Source: Candidatus Obscuribacteraceae bacterium (GTDB taxonomy: Bacteria; Cyanobacteriota; Vampirovibrionia; Obscuribacterales; Obscuribacteraceae). Taken from it: a stretch of 64,000 nt of DNA. A model generated the notes under the pieces. The model ran no database searches. It was given only the letters and a program-made list of their open reading frames with translations, and was not told the origin of the DNA. Positions 49,439-60,028 of the stretch are shown here, piece by piece (positions within the stretch are counted from its first letter, which is position 1; each line of letters opens with the position of its first letter). The stretch is from positions 704,001 through 768,000 of the forward strand of contig JBGAHS010000001.1 in NCBI GenBank assembly GCA_044226015.1, written 5' to 3'. The translations under genes and the position numbers were made by a program.

Positions 49439-50965
49439 AATATCAACACGCCGACCGATCCTGATGACCCTACCAGTGGTGACTATGGCTACGATTATGA
49501 TTCGGCAGGAAGGCTGATAGAGCTGAGCATGCCCGATGCTAAGGCTGTCGGTTACGAACTGGACGACAACGGCAATAGGACGAAGCTAATTTATCCAGAT
49601 GGATATTATGCATCTTATTTTTACGATGAGTTGAATCGGCTTACGGACATCAAGCTCAACGGAAGCAGCACGGCAGCTGTCCATTTTGATTACGATGATC
49701 TCTCCAGGCGAACTCTAGTTACCTATGAGAATGGCTGCACATGCGACTATGCCTACGCAATTAATGATGATTTGACTGCACTGAATCAAGAGTTCACCGG
49801 AAGCGCTGTGAATTATGGTTACAGTTACAACAAAGTGCACCAGGCGATTGCCATGTCTTGCAGTAACAAGGCTTTCGTTTGGACTCCAGTTGCATCTGCC
49901 ACCACGGTGTATTCCGCTGCGAACAACCTTAATCAGTACCCCTCAGTTGCGGGCACCGGATATTCTTACAACAAAAATGGCTGCTTGACGGGAGGTCCAT
50001 TCTCAGCAGCTTTTGATGTGCTCAATCGGATGACTCAAGTCGTGCTTGGTGGAACGACTAACGACTACATTCTTGACCCGGTCGACAGGCAAGCTCGCAA
50101 AACAAGCAACACAGCCGAAACTAATTTCTCGTATGACGGGCAGCAGATGATTGCCGAATTTGATGACGGAGATGCGCTCGTAAGCCGCTTCATCAGAGGC
50201 AATCGGGCAGACGAGATCCTCATCAAAATTTCTGGCTCTACCAAGACTTACCTGCACCATGATAGGCTAGGATCAGTGATTGCTCAGACGGATGATTCAG
50301 GTGCTGTGTTAAATCGCTACAAGTATGGACCTTTCGGAGAAACGCCTAGCCTGACGGGGACGCCGTTCGGCTACACAGGGCAGCGCTATGATTCTGAAGT
50401 GGGTTTGTACAACTACAAGGCTAGGATATATTCACCTGCGATAGGAAGATTCCTGCAACCAGATCCGATTGGATTCAGTGCCGGTGATATGAATCTCTAT
50501 ACTTATGTTGGAAATGATGCTGTTAACATGATTGACTCAGCAGGACTGACGGTGGGTGCAGGAGGAAACTACAAAGCTCCGAGTTCGCCGATTGCCGGTG
50601 GAGGCTATCAACTTCCCATAGTTCCTCCTACGCCTCCACAAGACCAATCGGGACAGAATCAGGCTCAGCCGCAAAAGCCAGATCTAGTTGCTATGCGCGA
50701 TGAGGATTCGCGTGGTTATTATCAAAAACGAGACACCCCATACGGCCGAGCCGTTGATACAAACAATCAAGTTTACGGTTCAACCCCAGGACATCCAGGC
50801 AGATTCTACCAGTCACCAATAGCCCCAGGAGATCCCGGAAATACTTCTCCACCACCGCCTATTCGACCTGGAGCGACTCCGGATTACTGGGACTGGGGAA
50901 ATCCTTATTCAGACACCGATCAGCGAAGACAATACCGGTACAATCTACAGATTAGGTTCGCCTAA
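49439..50965 (+). CDS. 5'-truncated (orphan) Rhs core plus Pro-rich C-terminal tip, copy B
   Basis: Similarity to A and C begins abruptly at AATATCAACACGCCG; GRFLQPDPIG core motif. Confidence 0.85.
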   Translation, partial: NINTPTDPDDPTSGDYGYDYDSAGRLIELSMPDAKAVGYELDDNGNRTKLIYPDGYYASYFYDELNRLTDIKLNGSSTAAVHFDYDDLSRRTLVTYENGCTCDYAYAINDDLTALNQEFTGSAVNYGYSYNKVHQAIAMSCSNKAFVWTPVASATTVYSAANNLNQYPSVAGTGYSYNKNGCLTGGPFSAAFDVLNRMTQVVLGGTTNDYILDPVDRQARKTSNTAETNFSYDGQQMIAEFDDGDALVSRFIRGNRADEILIKISGSTKTYLHHDRLGSVIAQTDDSGAVLNRYKYGPFGETPSLTGTPFGYTGQRYDSEVGLYNYKARIYSPAIGRFLQPDPIGFSAGDMNLYTYVGNDAVNMIDSAGLTVGAGGNYKAPSSPIAGGGYQLPIVPPTPPQDQSGQNQAQPQKPDLVAMRDEDSRGYYQKRDTPYGRAVDTNNQVYGSTPGHPGRFYQSPIAPGDPGNTSPPPPIRPGATPDYWDWGNPYSDTDQRRQYRYNLQIRFA

Positions 50966-50967
50966 GT

Positions 50968-51144
50968 TCAATTCGCAAGTGCGCGGGGCCCGTTCCAACG
51001 AGGATCGCACACATAGTCGCTCATAATGTAATGGCAGCTGCCAGCTAATAGATACTTGCTTTCAAAAATAGACCCAAAGCCCAAAAAACAAAAAAAAGCT
51101 ATCACGACAAATGGCCAGAACCGGACTATTTCTGAATGACGCAT
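50968..51144 (-). CDS. Small 58-aa membrane protein (not in ORF track)
   Basis: Manual translation MRHSEIVRFWPFVVIAFFCFLGFGSIFESKYLLAGSCHYIMSDYVCDPRWNGPRALAN*; stop lies 2 nt from the Rhs B stop. Confidence 0.45.
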   Translation of the reverse strand: MRHSEIVRFWPFVVIAFFCFLGFGSIFESKYLLAGSCHYIMSDYVCDPRWNGPRALAN

Positions 51145-51260
51145 CTTATCTCATCTCTTACATAAATAAGAGCATTATACAAAATTTTACCAGATGAGCA
51201 ATCGTAACTCTACGTCTTTATCGTCGATACCAAACGCCAGGTGATGCCCTTCTCTCGACT

Positions 51261-54200
51261 TTTGGCGAAACGCCGGATTTGACAGAGACGACGTTTGGCT
51301 ATGTCAATATGGATGGAACGATAACCTTCCAGAATCCGCAGAAACAAACATGGAATTTCAATACCGATGGAACGATCCACACTTACGTGGATCCAGCTGG
51401 AGTGACAGTCACCTGGACATATTCATCTGGCAAGCTCACTTCGGTTAGTAACGGACTGGGCCGAACCCTTACGCTAAGCTATACAGGCGACCGGCTGAGT
51501 TCTGTGACAGATGGCAATGATCGCTCAGTTTCTTTTGAGCTGGACCCCGACAAGAATCTAGTCGCTTTCACTGATACTGAAGACAACACGATAAGCTATC
51601 AGTATTCAGCACCGGGGCTCTTGTCTCAGATCTTCTTGCCTGCGAATCCGACTGTGGCGGTGATGACCAACACCTATGATTCATTGAATCGAGTGAAAAC
51701 GCAATCTGGTTCAAACACGGGCACCTCAGAATATTTCTTTGCTGGTTCGCGCTCGGAGGAAGTGGATCCCTTAGGCAACAGCCATGTGATGTACAACAAT
51801 GAGCTGGGGTCGGTAGTTCGTTCAATCAATGCTTTGGAGCAAGAGACGAGCTTTGAGTTTGATGGGCTGAACCGCCAGACTAAGGTGACCTTGCCTGAAG
51901 GCAACTACACGGAAATGACCTATGATGACAATAACAACGTTCTCACGATAACCAATGTCGCAAAGCCTGGCAGTGGGCTGAGTAACATTGTGCAGACAAT
52001 GGAGTACGACCCGGACTAGAATAAACAATCTTCTTACACAGATGGCAATGGAAACACAACGACATTCGAATATGACGAGACTCAAGGGACTCTGCTCACG
52101 ATAAGCAGACCTGAAGTAGACTCGGAAACTCCGATCGTGACTTTCACCTACAACGCTAGAGGGCAGGTTCTCACACGGACAGATGAAACTGGAATAGTCG
52201 ATAAATTTGAATATGATACTGCCACCGAAGTGCTGCAGAATTCAATTCATGACTTTGGCACTGGGCAGCTCAATCTCACTACAGCATTCGACTACGACGA
52301 CATTGGAAATGCGACGAGCGTAACGGATCCGAACGGAAATACCACGAGCTTTGATTTTGATAACGAGCGCAGAATGATTCAGCAGACGGATCCCTCACCG
52401 TTTGGCTTTGTCACTAACTGGAATTACGATGAAAATGGGTGGAGAATCGCCTTTGAAAAGCAGACCGGTGATGAGGCAAAGCCCTTTCAAACATGGCAAT
52501 GGATCTACCAGGAGAATGGCTCTGTAAAATCGACAATTGACCCAGCGAACAATGCCACCACTTTTGAATACAACACAAATAACTGGTTAACAAAACGAAC
52601 TGATGCTGAGAATCGAGTCTGGTCCTACGGCTACGATGAACTAGGCAGAATCAGCACCGTGACCGACCCGCTTTTGCAGGTTTCAGAAACACGCACCTAC
52701 ACAGAGAACGGCTTGCTTGCCTCGCTAACAGACGCAAACTCCAACACGACAAGCTATGAGTTTGACGGTTTCGACCGCCTGGACAAGAGAATCTATCCAG
52801 ATGGCACGTTCGAACAGAATTCTGTTTATGACGAAAATGGGAATGTGCTCACCTATGTCACGCGTGCTGGCAGTGTAGATATGTCGCCGAGCCCTGGCGA
52901 CATAATTGTGAGCACCTTTGACCCGCTCAACAGGCTGAGCACGAAGCAGCCGGGATTGCTAGCTCTGCAGACCATGACCTATGATTTGGCCGGTAGATTG
53001 TTGAATATCAACACGCCGACCGACCCTGATGACCCTACCAGTGGTGACTATGGCTACGATTATGATTCTGCAGGAAGGCTGATTGAGCAGAGCATGCCTG
53101 ATGCGAAGGCTGTCGCTTACGAACTGGACGACAACGGCAACAGGACGAAGCTGATTTATCCAGATGGATATTATGCATCTTATTTTTACGATGAGTTGAA
53201 TCGCCTTACGGACATCAAGCTCAACGGAAGCGGCGCGGCAGCTGTCCATTTTGACTACGATGATCTCTCCAGGCGAACTCTTGTCACTTATGAGAATGGC
53301 TGCACGTGCGACTATGCCTATGCAATCAATGATGATTTGACGGCACTGAATCAAGAGTTCACCGGAAGCGCTGTGAACTTCGCTTACAGCTACAACAAAG
53401 TGCACCAGGCGATTGCCATGTCTTGCAGCAACAAGGCTTTCGTTTGGACTCCAGGTGCATCTGCCACCACTGTGTATTCCGCTGCGAACAACCTCAATCA
53501 GTACCGCTCAGTTGCGGGCACCGGATATTCTTACAACAAAAATGGCTGCTTGACAGGCGGACCTTTCACTAGTGCCAGCTACGATGTTTTGAATCGAATG
53601 ACGCAAGTCACCGCAGGCAGTGTCACTAACGATTACATCTACGATCCGACCAACAGGCAAGCGCAAAAATCATCTAATGGTGTTGCGACTAGCTTCCTTT
53701 ACGACGGACAGCAAATGATTGAGGAATACGATAACGAAGGACTGCTTGCGAATCGCTACATTCGCGGCAACCGTCTCGACGAGATTTTTATCAAGATTTC
53801 TGGCTCTACCAAGACTTACCTGCACCATGATAGGCTAGGATCAGTGATTGCTCAGACTGATGATTCAGGTGCTGTCTTGAACCGGTACAAATACGGACCA
53901 TTCGGAGAGACGCCAAGCTTGACGGGAACGCCGTTTGGCTATACCGGGCAACGCTATGATTCTGAAGTGAACTTGTACAACTACAAGGCAAGGATGTATT
54001 CGCCCAGAATAGGCAGATTTCCTCAACCAGATCCCATTGGTACTGCTGGCGGTATTAATCTTTATGCGTACGTGAACAACGATGCTGTAAATTTAATGGA
54101 TTCGGAGGGGCTTTTAGCCGGGACCGGTGGAAACGACTCTCCACACGGATCCCCCATTGCGCCATACGGAAGAGACGCCCTATTGGCTTACGATGGAGCT

Positions 54201-54614
54201 TCTTCACAACCGGATAGAAATAACAATCGGTTACAGCCGTCCGTTCGCTATTCACCAAACTTTTCCAACAAGGGGACGGTGCCAAGATACTATGATTCCA
54301 ATGCTCCTGAAGGAAAAATCGATGTTGGTTCTGGCAACTGGTCAAGAGATGTGCGTGGACAAATCCTGTACCACACTGATCCACGTACCGGTGATATTGA
54401 CATTATTCAAGACAGGAGTGGTGCTGATAAGCGAAGAAATTATCAAGGACCACCGGCAATGGTGCCTTATGAACAACCGCTAGGACCACCACTTCCTAAG
54501 CAGCAACGATTCCTCATCGATCAACCTGTAATGAATCTCAATCCCTTTAGAGGAATTTCCACTGAGCAAAGTATTCCTTCAACAATCTACGGTCATATTA
54601 GAAATTGGGTATGA
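51261..54614 (+). pseudogene. Rhs protein copy C: 5'-truncated, with an in-frame TAG at 52017-52019
   Basis: ORFs 51279-52019 and 52137-54614 share a frame; the intervening codons read NKQSSYTDGNGNTTTFEYD; core motif GRFPQPDPIG. Confidence 0.85.
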
Positions 54615-54648
54615 AGCAGCTTCAATAAACCTTAGTTGGCTTGGCTCA

Positions 54649-55116
54649 TTATTCAATTCGTTTTGGATACGAATCAGCATCTCCTACATAGCGATGGAAA
54701 TCCGATGAAGTCAGATTTTTTTTCCTCGGAATAAATTTGTCCGTTTTGTTAACTGCCTCTGTCCCGCAGAGACTGACTAACTGTTTTCGTATTGAGAATA
54801 GTCTGGAAAAATTGGAGGAGTCCCGATTCTCGTGCAAGGCTAGAATTCTTGACACCCAATCTTTTCGATCAGGGATATTTTCGATATCTGCAATAGAATT
54901 TAGAGAGGATTTGTAATCACTGTATATGGAGTATAGGAGGCGGACCTCTTCAGCTTGCTGAGGTTTGCTGCTCGTAAGTTGTCTCATCCCTTTACTTAAA
55001 ATCCGTAGCGATGGTTCCACATTGTCTTTGCCAGCACATGGTGAGAAAGATGCTCCATATATTGCTGTGTAAATCATCAGTTTATAGGCAAAACGCATAG
55101 AGTTATTCACTTTCAT
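54649..55116 (-). CDS. Hypothetical exported protein convergent with Rhs C
   Basis: 155-aa AT-rich ORF with GAGG RBS and signal-like N-terminus. Confidence 0.6.
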   Translation of the reverse strand: MKVNNSMRFAYKLMIYTAIYGASFSPCAGKDNVEPSLRILSKGMRQLTSSKPQQAEEVRLLYSIYSDYKSSLNSIADIENIPDRKDWVSRILALHENRDSSNFSRLFSIRKQLVSLCGTEAVNKTDKFIPRKKNLTSSDFHRYVGDADSYPKRIE

Positions 55117-55372
55117 ACCTCTTTTCTCCAGTATATCCCTGAAACGTCCAGACCAATAGCGTTTATTCTCCGTAATTTTGCCCTTTTAAAGTATATTTTT
55201 TTGATTTATCTTCGTCTGATTTTATCCATTGGATGAGCACTGAATGCATGCTCTCGGCGAAAGTTTTGTCTCCCACCCCAGATGGACGTAAGCCATGTTC
55301 ATGCAGCTTGGAAGGCTAATGCGTGCATTTTTGCACAGTTTATTCCTGCTAATTCTCCTTTAGATTATTGAC

Positions 55373-55657
55373 ATGGGGATTGCAGGAATTGCTGAGAGGG
55401 TTGAACAAATGATTGAGAATGAAGCCGATTTGGCCAAAAATATTCAAACGCTTCGTGATACCTGCGGTGAATTTAAGCAGAGTGATGAAGCGTGCTTTAA
55501 AGCCATGAACGAAGTAATGGAGTTCATGAAAAAAGAAGGACCCCTGCAAACGCAAATCCGCGAAAGAGATCTTATCTCCGTCGACAAAAATTCGATCAGC
55601 TTTCCAACAACGCTTTACCCGGGCGGCACTCTATCGCGCGGCATTGAGAAGAAGTAA
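55373..55657 (+). CDS. Small hypothetical protein
   Basis: 94-aa ORF whose stop abuts the stop of the convergent TPR gene. Confidence 0.45.
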   Translation: MGIAGIAERVEQMIENEADLAKNIQTLRDTCGEFKQSDEACFKAMNEVMEFMKKEGPLQTQIRERDLISVDKNSISFPTTLYPGGTLSRGIEKK

Positions 55658-56869
55658 CTAAAAGTTTTTCTGCTTCTCAGTAGCTTTGTTTAACCACTCC
55701 TGGCAATCAGGAAATTTGTGTTCCATTGCATCGCACTTCATGCAGTCACCAAATTGTTTGATTGAATTTTTCAGAGAATCAAGCGCGAAATAATACCTGC
55801 CGAGCCAGAAATGAACTGCCGCATCATACGGGTTCTTCTCCAGTGCTTTGGCTAGATTGTTCAGGCAACCTGAATAGTCTTTGTCTTCGAAGTTGAGAAT
55901 TCCAAGATTCAGATAAGCGTCATAGCTTGATGGGTCGAGATCCAAAACCTTCTCCAACTCTTCTTTGCACTTTGTTTTGTCGCCTTTCTCTTTTGCGATC
56001 AAAGCAAGTTTGCAAAGCACAACAGGGTCTTTCGAATTCACCGCTAAAGCTTTCTTGTAAAAATCGACTGCTTTGTCCAGGTCTCCTGCGTCCTTTGAAA
56101 TATCGCCAACCCGCCAGAAGCAGTCTGTTCTTGCAGGGTCTTCTTTCAATACTTGTTCGAATTGTTGAATCGCTTCATCGTTTTTTTTCTCAAATTGCAA
56201 CACGCAAGCGAGGTTGAATCGCGCTTCAATAAATTTTGGTTTTAGCTCAAGCGCCTTTTTGTATTCGGTTTCAGCCTTCTCAAGGTCTTGCAATTGTTGC
56301 GAACAAAATGCAAGGTTGTTGTGCGCTTCAGCATAGTCGGGGTCTTTTTCTACGATTTGGTCGAGCAGTTCTGCTGCTTCTTTGTATTTGCCTAAACGTT
56401 GATAGCTGGCTGCGACCCAGTTTTCTATTGCCGTGTTGTTATTGCTCAGTTCGAGTGCCTTTTGAAAGGTTGCTAGCGCTTCCTGATACTTACTTTTTTT
56501 GAAAAGCTCAACGCCCTGATTGAGAAGTGTCGAGCAAGCTGGGTCGAGAGGTTTTGACTCAACTCGAGAGCCACCAGGGTGGCTGGGTGTTGGTCCTGTG
56601 CTTCCCGCGGTGCCGCTGGCTGACCCCGCAGCTCCTGCTGCTGACCCCGCAGCTCCTGCTGCTGCTCCTGCTGTTGACCCCGCAGCTACTCCTGCTGCTG
56701 TCGTGGAGCTTGCAGCTGCCGCCGGTTTAGCGGTGCCCGCTGCCGAAGCTGCTGGTTTTGTTCCAGCTGCCGCTGCTGCGTCTGCTGCATTCGCCTGCAG
56801 ATGGTTTGCCTGTGAGAGCAAAGAAATTACTGATGCTAACAATATCTTCTTACTATTGATTCGCTTCAT
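55658..56869 (-). CDS. Exported TPR-repeat protein with Ala/Gly linker
   Basis: Signal peptide from MKRINSKK; about eight TPRs (AEAHNNLA, EARFNLA, DAYLNLG). Confidence 0.9.
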   Translation of the reverse strand: MKRINSKKILLASVISLLSQANHLQANAADAAAAAGTKPAASAAGTAKPAAAASSTTAAGVAAGSTAGAAAGAAGSAAGAAGSASGTAGSTGPTPSHPGGSRVESKPLDPACSTLLNQGVELFKKSKYQEALATFQKALELSNNNTAIENWVAASYQRLGKYKEAAELLDQIVEKDPDYAEAHNNLAFCSQQLQDLEKAETEYKKALELKPKFIEARFNLACVLQFEKKNDEAIQQFEQVLKEDPARTDCFWRVGDISKDAGDLDKAVDFYKKALAVNSKDPVVLCKLALIAKEKGDKTKCKEELEKVLDLDPSSYDAYLNLGILNFEDKDYSGCLNNLAKALEKNPYDAAVHFWLGRYYFALDSLKNSIKQFGDCMKCDAMEHKFPDCQEWLNKATEKQKNF

Positions 56870-57135
56870 GCTTGTCTTTCTCTCCTCCGCGCTAACTGGT
56901 TCGCGCTTGCATTCGCTGACACAATTCGTTTGCAACGCGTTAATAAACAGACATTTCCAGCAAGCTGGATGTTCCTTTATTTAGTTTCCACAAAAGTACC
57001 CTTGGCATGCCACGGCAGTCACGGTATGTCGATTTATTAAGATGGGATCCCCTACGCTCGGAGGTTTAGGGTAGGCTTCATAAAATACAGAGCGCGACCC
57101 GAATTCGTCCGGGTCCGACGATCTTATCTAAGGCA

Positions 57136-58032
57136 ATGGATGCCCTGATTTTGAACCCACGAGAAGACGGAACATACAGCAGTCCTGCGCACCTGACTTC
57201 AGAAACTTGGGTGGATTTCGAATTGCGGGCGGCTTTGAGCTTGCTTCGAACGATGGAATCTGAGCTCAAGAAGCTAAAGTTGCGCCTCATCAAAGAACGT
57301 GTGCACAAGTCTCGGGTCTCGCTTCGTCGCTGGTACTCGATTTGGGGCTTTCTGGCTGAGGATGGTTGGGAAGAAAAGAAGTTCAAAAAGAAGGTGTTGA
57401 CGCCCCTGCGCGAGTTTTTGCGTGAGCTTGGGCAACTGCGAGACTGCGATGTCAACATGGAAACGAGCGAAAAGCTCGATTGCGATGTGGCTACGCTGGA
57501 AGAGTTTCAAGCAGAGCGGAAGGTTTTGAAGGCTCGAATAGAAAAGTCGCTAGCAGAGCTCGACCCGCCTAAGCTCTGTTCTCAGATAGAGAATTACCTC
57601 TTAGAAAAGGCTGAAGACCTTCGAGAACAGATGAATTTGTCTCCAAACGCTGACCATAGCGCCTTTTCGCATTTCGATGTCTATCTTGCCGCTCATGAAG
57701 AGGTCGTAAGGAAGCTGGTAGAGCGAGCTTCCACGCCTGAGTCATTGCACAAGCTGCGGCTGGCGATTAAAAAGTGGCGATACTTATTGACTGAATGTAT
57801 GGGCTTGACCAATCTTGAGCTGGTTAAAGCGCAGACTCTCCTGGGCGAAATTCATGATTTTGACCGGCTTGAGCCAACGCTTGAAATGCAAAACGACTCG
57901 TCAGGTGCACTTTTGCGATTGAGACTGCAACGAGACAGTCTGGTAAGAGAGTTTGAAGAGCTTAAAAACAGTCTTCCTTTCGGTTTGCGACCTGGAAACA
58001 TTTCCTATCCAGCAGCTCTGGAAAATCGCTAG
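57136..58032 (+). CDS. CHAD domain protein
   Basis: VHKSRVSLRR, LGQLRDCDV, LHKLRLAIKKWRY, QTLLGEIHD. Confidence 0.88.
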   Translation: MDALILNPREDGTYSSPAHLTSETWVDFELRAALSLLRTMESELKKLKLRLIKERVHKSRVSLRRWYSIWGFLAEDGWEEKKFKKKVLTPLREFLRELGQLRDCDVNMETSEKLDCDVATLEEFQAERKVLKARIEKSLAELDPPKLCSQIENYLLEKAEDLREQMNLSPNADHSAFSHFDVYLAAHEEVVRKLVERASTPESLHKLRLAIKKWRYLLTECMGLTNLELVKAQTLLGEIHDFDRLEPTLEMQNDSSGALLRLRLQRDSLVREFEELKNSLPFGLRPGNISYPAALENR

Positions 58033-58217
58033 TTTTAGATGATTAATTTCAAATGTCCATATTTAGAACTAAGGCGCTCTGAGAACTTAGAATTGAGAAT
58101 GACAGATGTGGATATATACTTGATAGCATCTGTTTTTTAGCAAAACTGTGTTCTTGCCTGTCACGGCAAGAATTAAGTCTTCGGCTCAAAGAGTCGAGAC
58201 AGAGGTGAGAGGACACA

Positions 58218-59222
58218 ATGGCCATACGCAAGAAGGTGACAATTTTGGGATCTGGCGCTGCTGGACTGACTGCAGCCATTTATGCTGCAAGAGCTAGCCT
58301 TGAGCCCCTGGTCATTCAAGGCTTGCAGACTGGTGGTCAATTGACAATCACCACAGATGTCGAGAACTTCCCAGGTTTTCCTAACGGAATACTCGGACCA
58401 ACTCTGATGGAAGAGATGCTGAAGCAAGCGGAGCGTTTCGGCACGCAATTCATTTATGACAACGCTGAGTCGGTAGACCTTTCGCAGCGCCCCTTCGTGA
58501 TTAAGACAAGCGGCGAAGAGATTCACACTGACACACTCATCGTGTGCACTGGTGCCTCGGCAAAATGGCTCGGACTGGAGTCAGAGCAAAAGCTGATGGG
58601 GCATGGCGTTTCTGCCTGTGCTACCTGTGACGCTTTCTTCTTCAAAGAGAAGGAAGTGTTCGTCATTGGCGGCGGCGACACAGCGCTTGAAGAAGCTGTG
58701 TTTTTGACGCGATTTGCGTCGGTGGTAAACCTTGTTCACCGCCGTGATTCATTCCGCGCATCGAAGATTATGGCTGATCGCGCGCAGAATAATCCCAAAA
58801 TCAAATTCTTCCTCAACACAGTCGTAGAAGACATTCTTGATGTGAGCAAGGGCGAAGTTACGGCTATCAGATTGAAAAATTTGAATACGAACAAAGTAGA
58901 GGAATATCCTGCTGATGGTGTGTTTATCGCTATTGGGCACCATCCTAATTCCGATTTGTTCAAGGACCAGCTCAAGCTGAACGCCAATGGTTACATCGAG
59001 ACCGATGGCGTTAAGACCAGCGTGCCTGGTGTGTTCGCCGCTGGCGATGTTCAAGATGAAACTTACAAACAAGCTGTCACCGCTGCTGGTACCGGATGTG
59101 CTGCAGCGCTTGAGGCTCAATGGTATTTAGAGCGTCTGGAAGCTGGCGAAGGCACTCAAAAAAAAACTGAGTTGAGCGATACTGGTAGTCAGCAGAGAGC
59201 CGCAGCAGCAGTGCACGATTAA
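58218..59222 (+). CDS. trxB: Thioredoxin-disulfide reductase
   Basis: GSGAAG, GGQLTITTDVENFPG, CATCD, GGGDTA, HRRDSFRA, FAAGDV. Confidence 0.96.
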   Translation: MAIRKKVTILGSGAAGLTAAIYAARASLEPLVIQGLQTGGQLTITTDVENFPGFPNGILGPTLMEEMLKQAERFGTQFIYDNAESVDLSQRPFVIKTSGEEIHTDTLIVCTGASAKWLGLESEQKLMGHGVSACATCDAFFFKEKEVFVIGGGDTALEEAVFLTRFASVVNLVHRRDSFRASKIMADRAQNNPKIKFFLNTVVEDILDVSKGEVTAIRLKNLNTNKVEEYPADGVFIAIGHHPNSDLFKDQLKLNANGYIETDGVKTSVPGVFAAGDVQDETYKQAVTAAGTGCAAALEAQWYLERLEAGEGTQKKTELSDTGSQQRAAAAVHD

Positions 59223-59237
59223 CGTGCTGGTGGGCTG

Positions 59238-59993
59238 ATGTCGTCAGAACTTCGAGTTGCGAATCCAGATTCGCGTGAGTCTAAGTACTCGCACGATGAA
59301 CGACGCCGCAATGAAATTTGTGCGCATCTCAGGGCGATAGCGGAGAGGCATCCGTGCTCAAGCCATCCTCTTTTTGATTATCTTGAAAAAAATGAACTGA
59401 GCAATCGGCAGGTTGCTGCTTTGTTGCGGAACTATGATGCACACGCTTCTGTGCTGCGAAGATTCCTCTTAAATGCTGCAGCGATTATGCCTGAGTTTGC
59501 GGTGCCATTTGTTCTCGAAAATGTGCGCAATGAATATGGAAACGGCGACTATTCCAAAAATCATCAGGACCAGCTTCGCGACCTGGTTTGGGCAAGTGGA
59601 ATTAGTCGTGATGAGTACTTCTCCTGTAAAATCGAAAAAGGTGTGTCCGATTTCTTGCGCGACGCCGCGAAGTTTTATTCGCCCCGTCGGCACAATCTCG
59701 GCGGCAAGTTCAAGCCTGCTGCTGTAGTTGCTGGAGCTATCTCGGCTACTGAAATTCTTGCTATTAAGGAATTTGCCTTCATTCAAAAACCGTTTTTTAA
59801 GCGCGGGCTAGAGCACCACATATGGTTTCATCATGTATTCATCGAGGCAGAACACACAGATGAATCACTCGAACTTGCACTGTGCTTCATGGATAGTGCC
59901 AACGGAATGAAGTCAGTTGAGCATGGACTGAACGGTGTCTTAGATGCCAATCTTCATTTGTATGATGGACTGCTTTCTTCTCTTGATTTCTAA
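59238..59993 (+). CDS. Heme-oxygenase-like diiron redox protein (PqqC/TenA/CADD superfamily)
   Basis: SHPLF, ENVRNEYG..NH, ATE, WFHHVFIEAEH candidate metal ligands. Confidence 0.75.
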   Translation: MSSELRVANPDSRESKYSHDERRRNEICAHLRAIAERHPCSSHPLFDYLEKNELSNRQVAALLRNYDAHASVLRRFLLNAAAIMPEFAVPFVLENVRNEYGNGDYSKNHQDQLRDLVWASGISRDEYFSCKIEKGVSDFLRDAAKFYSPRRHNLGGKFKPAAVVAGAISATEILAIKEFAFIQKPFFKRGLEHHIWFHHVFIEAEHTDESLELALCFMDSANGMKSVEHGLNGVLDANLHLYDGLLSSLDF

Positions 59994-60028
59994 ATCGACT
60001 ACAGCTTGTATAATGAACAAATCATTGG

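Noticed and set aside
56520..56984. Ala/Pro-rich 154-aa plus-strand ORF and short GCTGACCCCGCAGCTCCT repeats
   Set aside because: Antisense shadow of the Ala/Gly linker of the TPR gene
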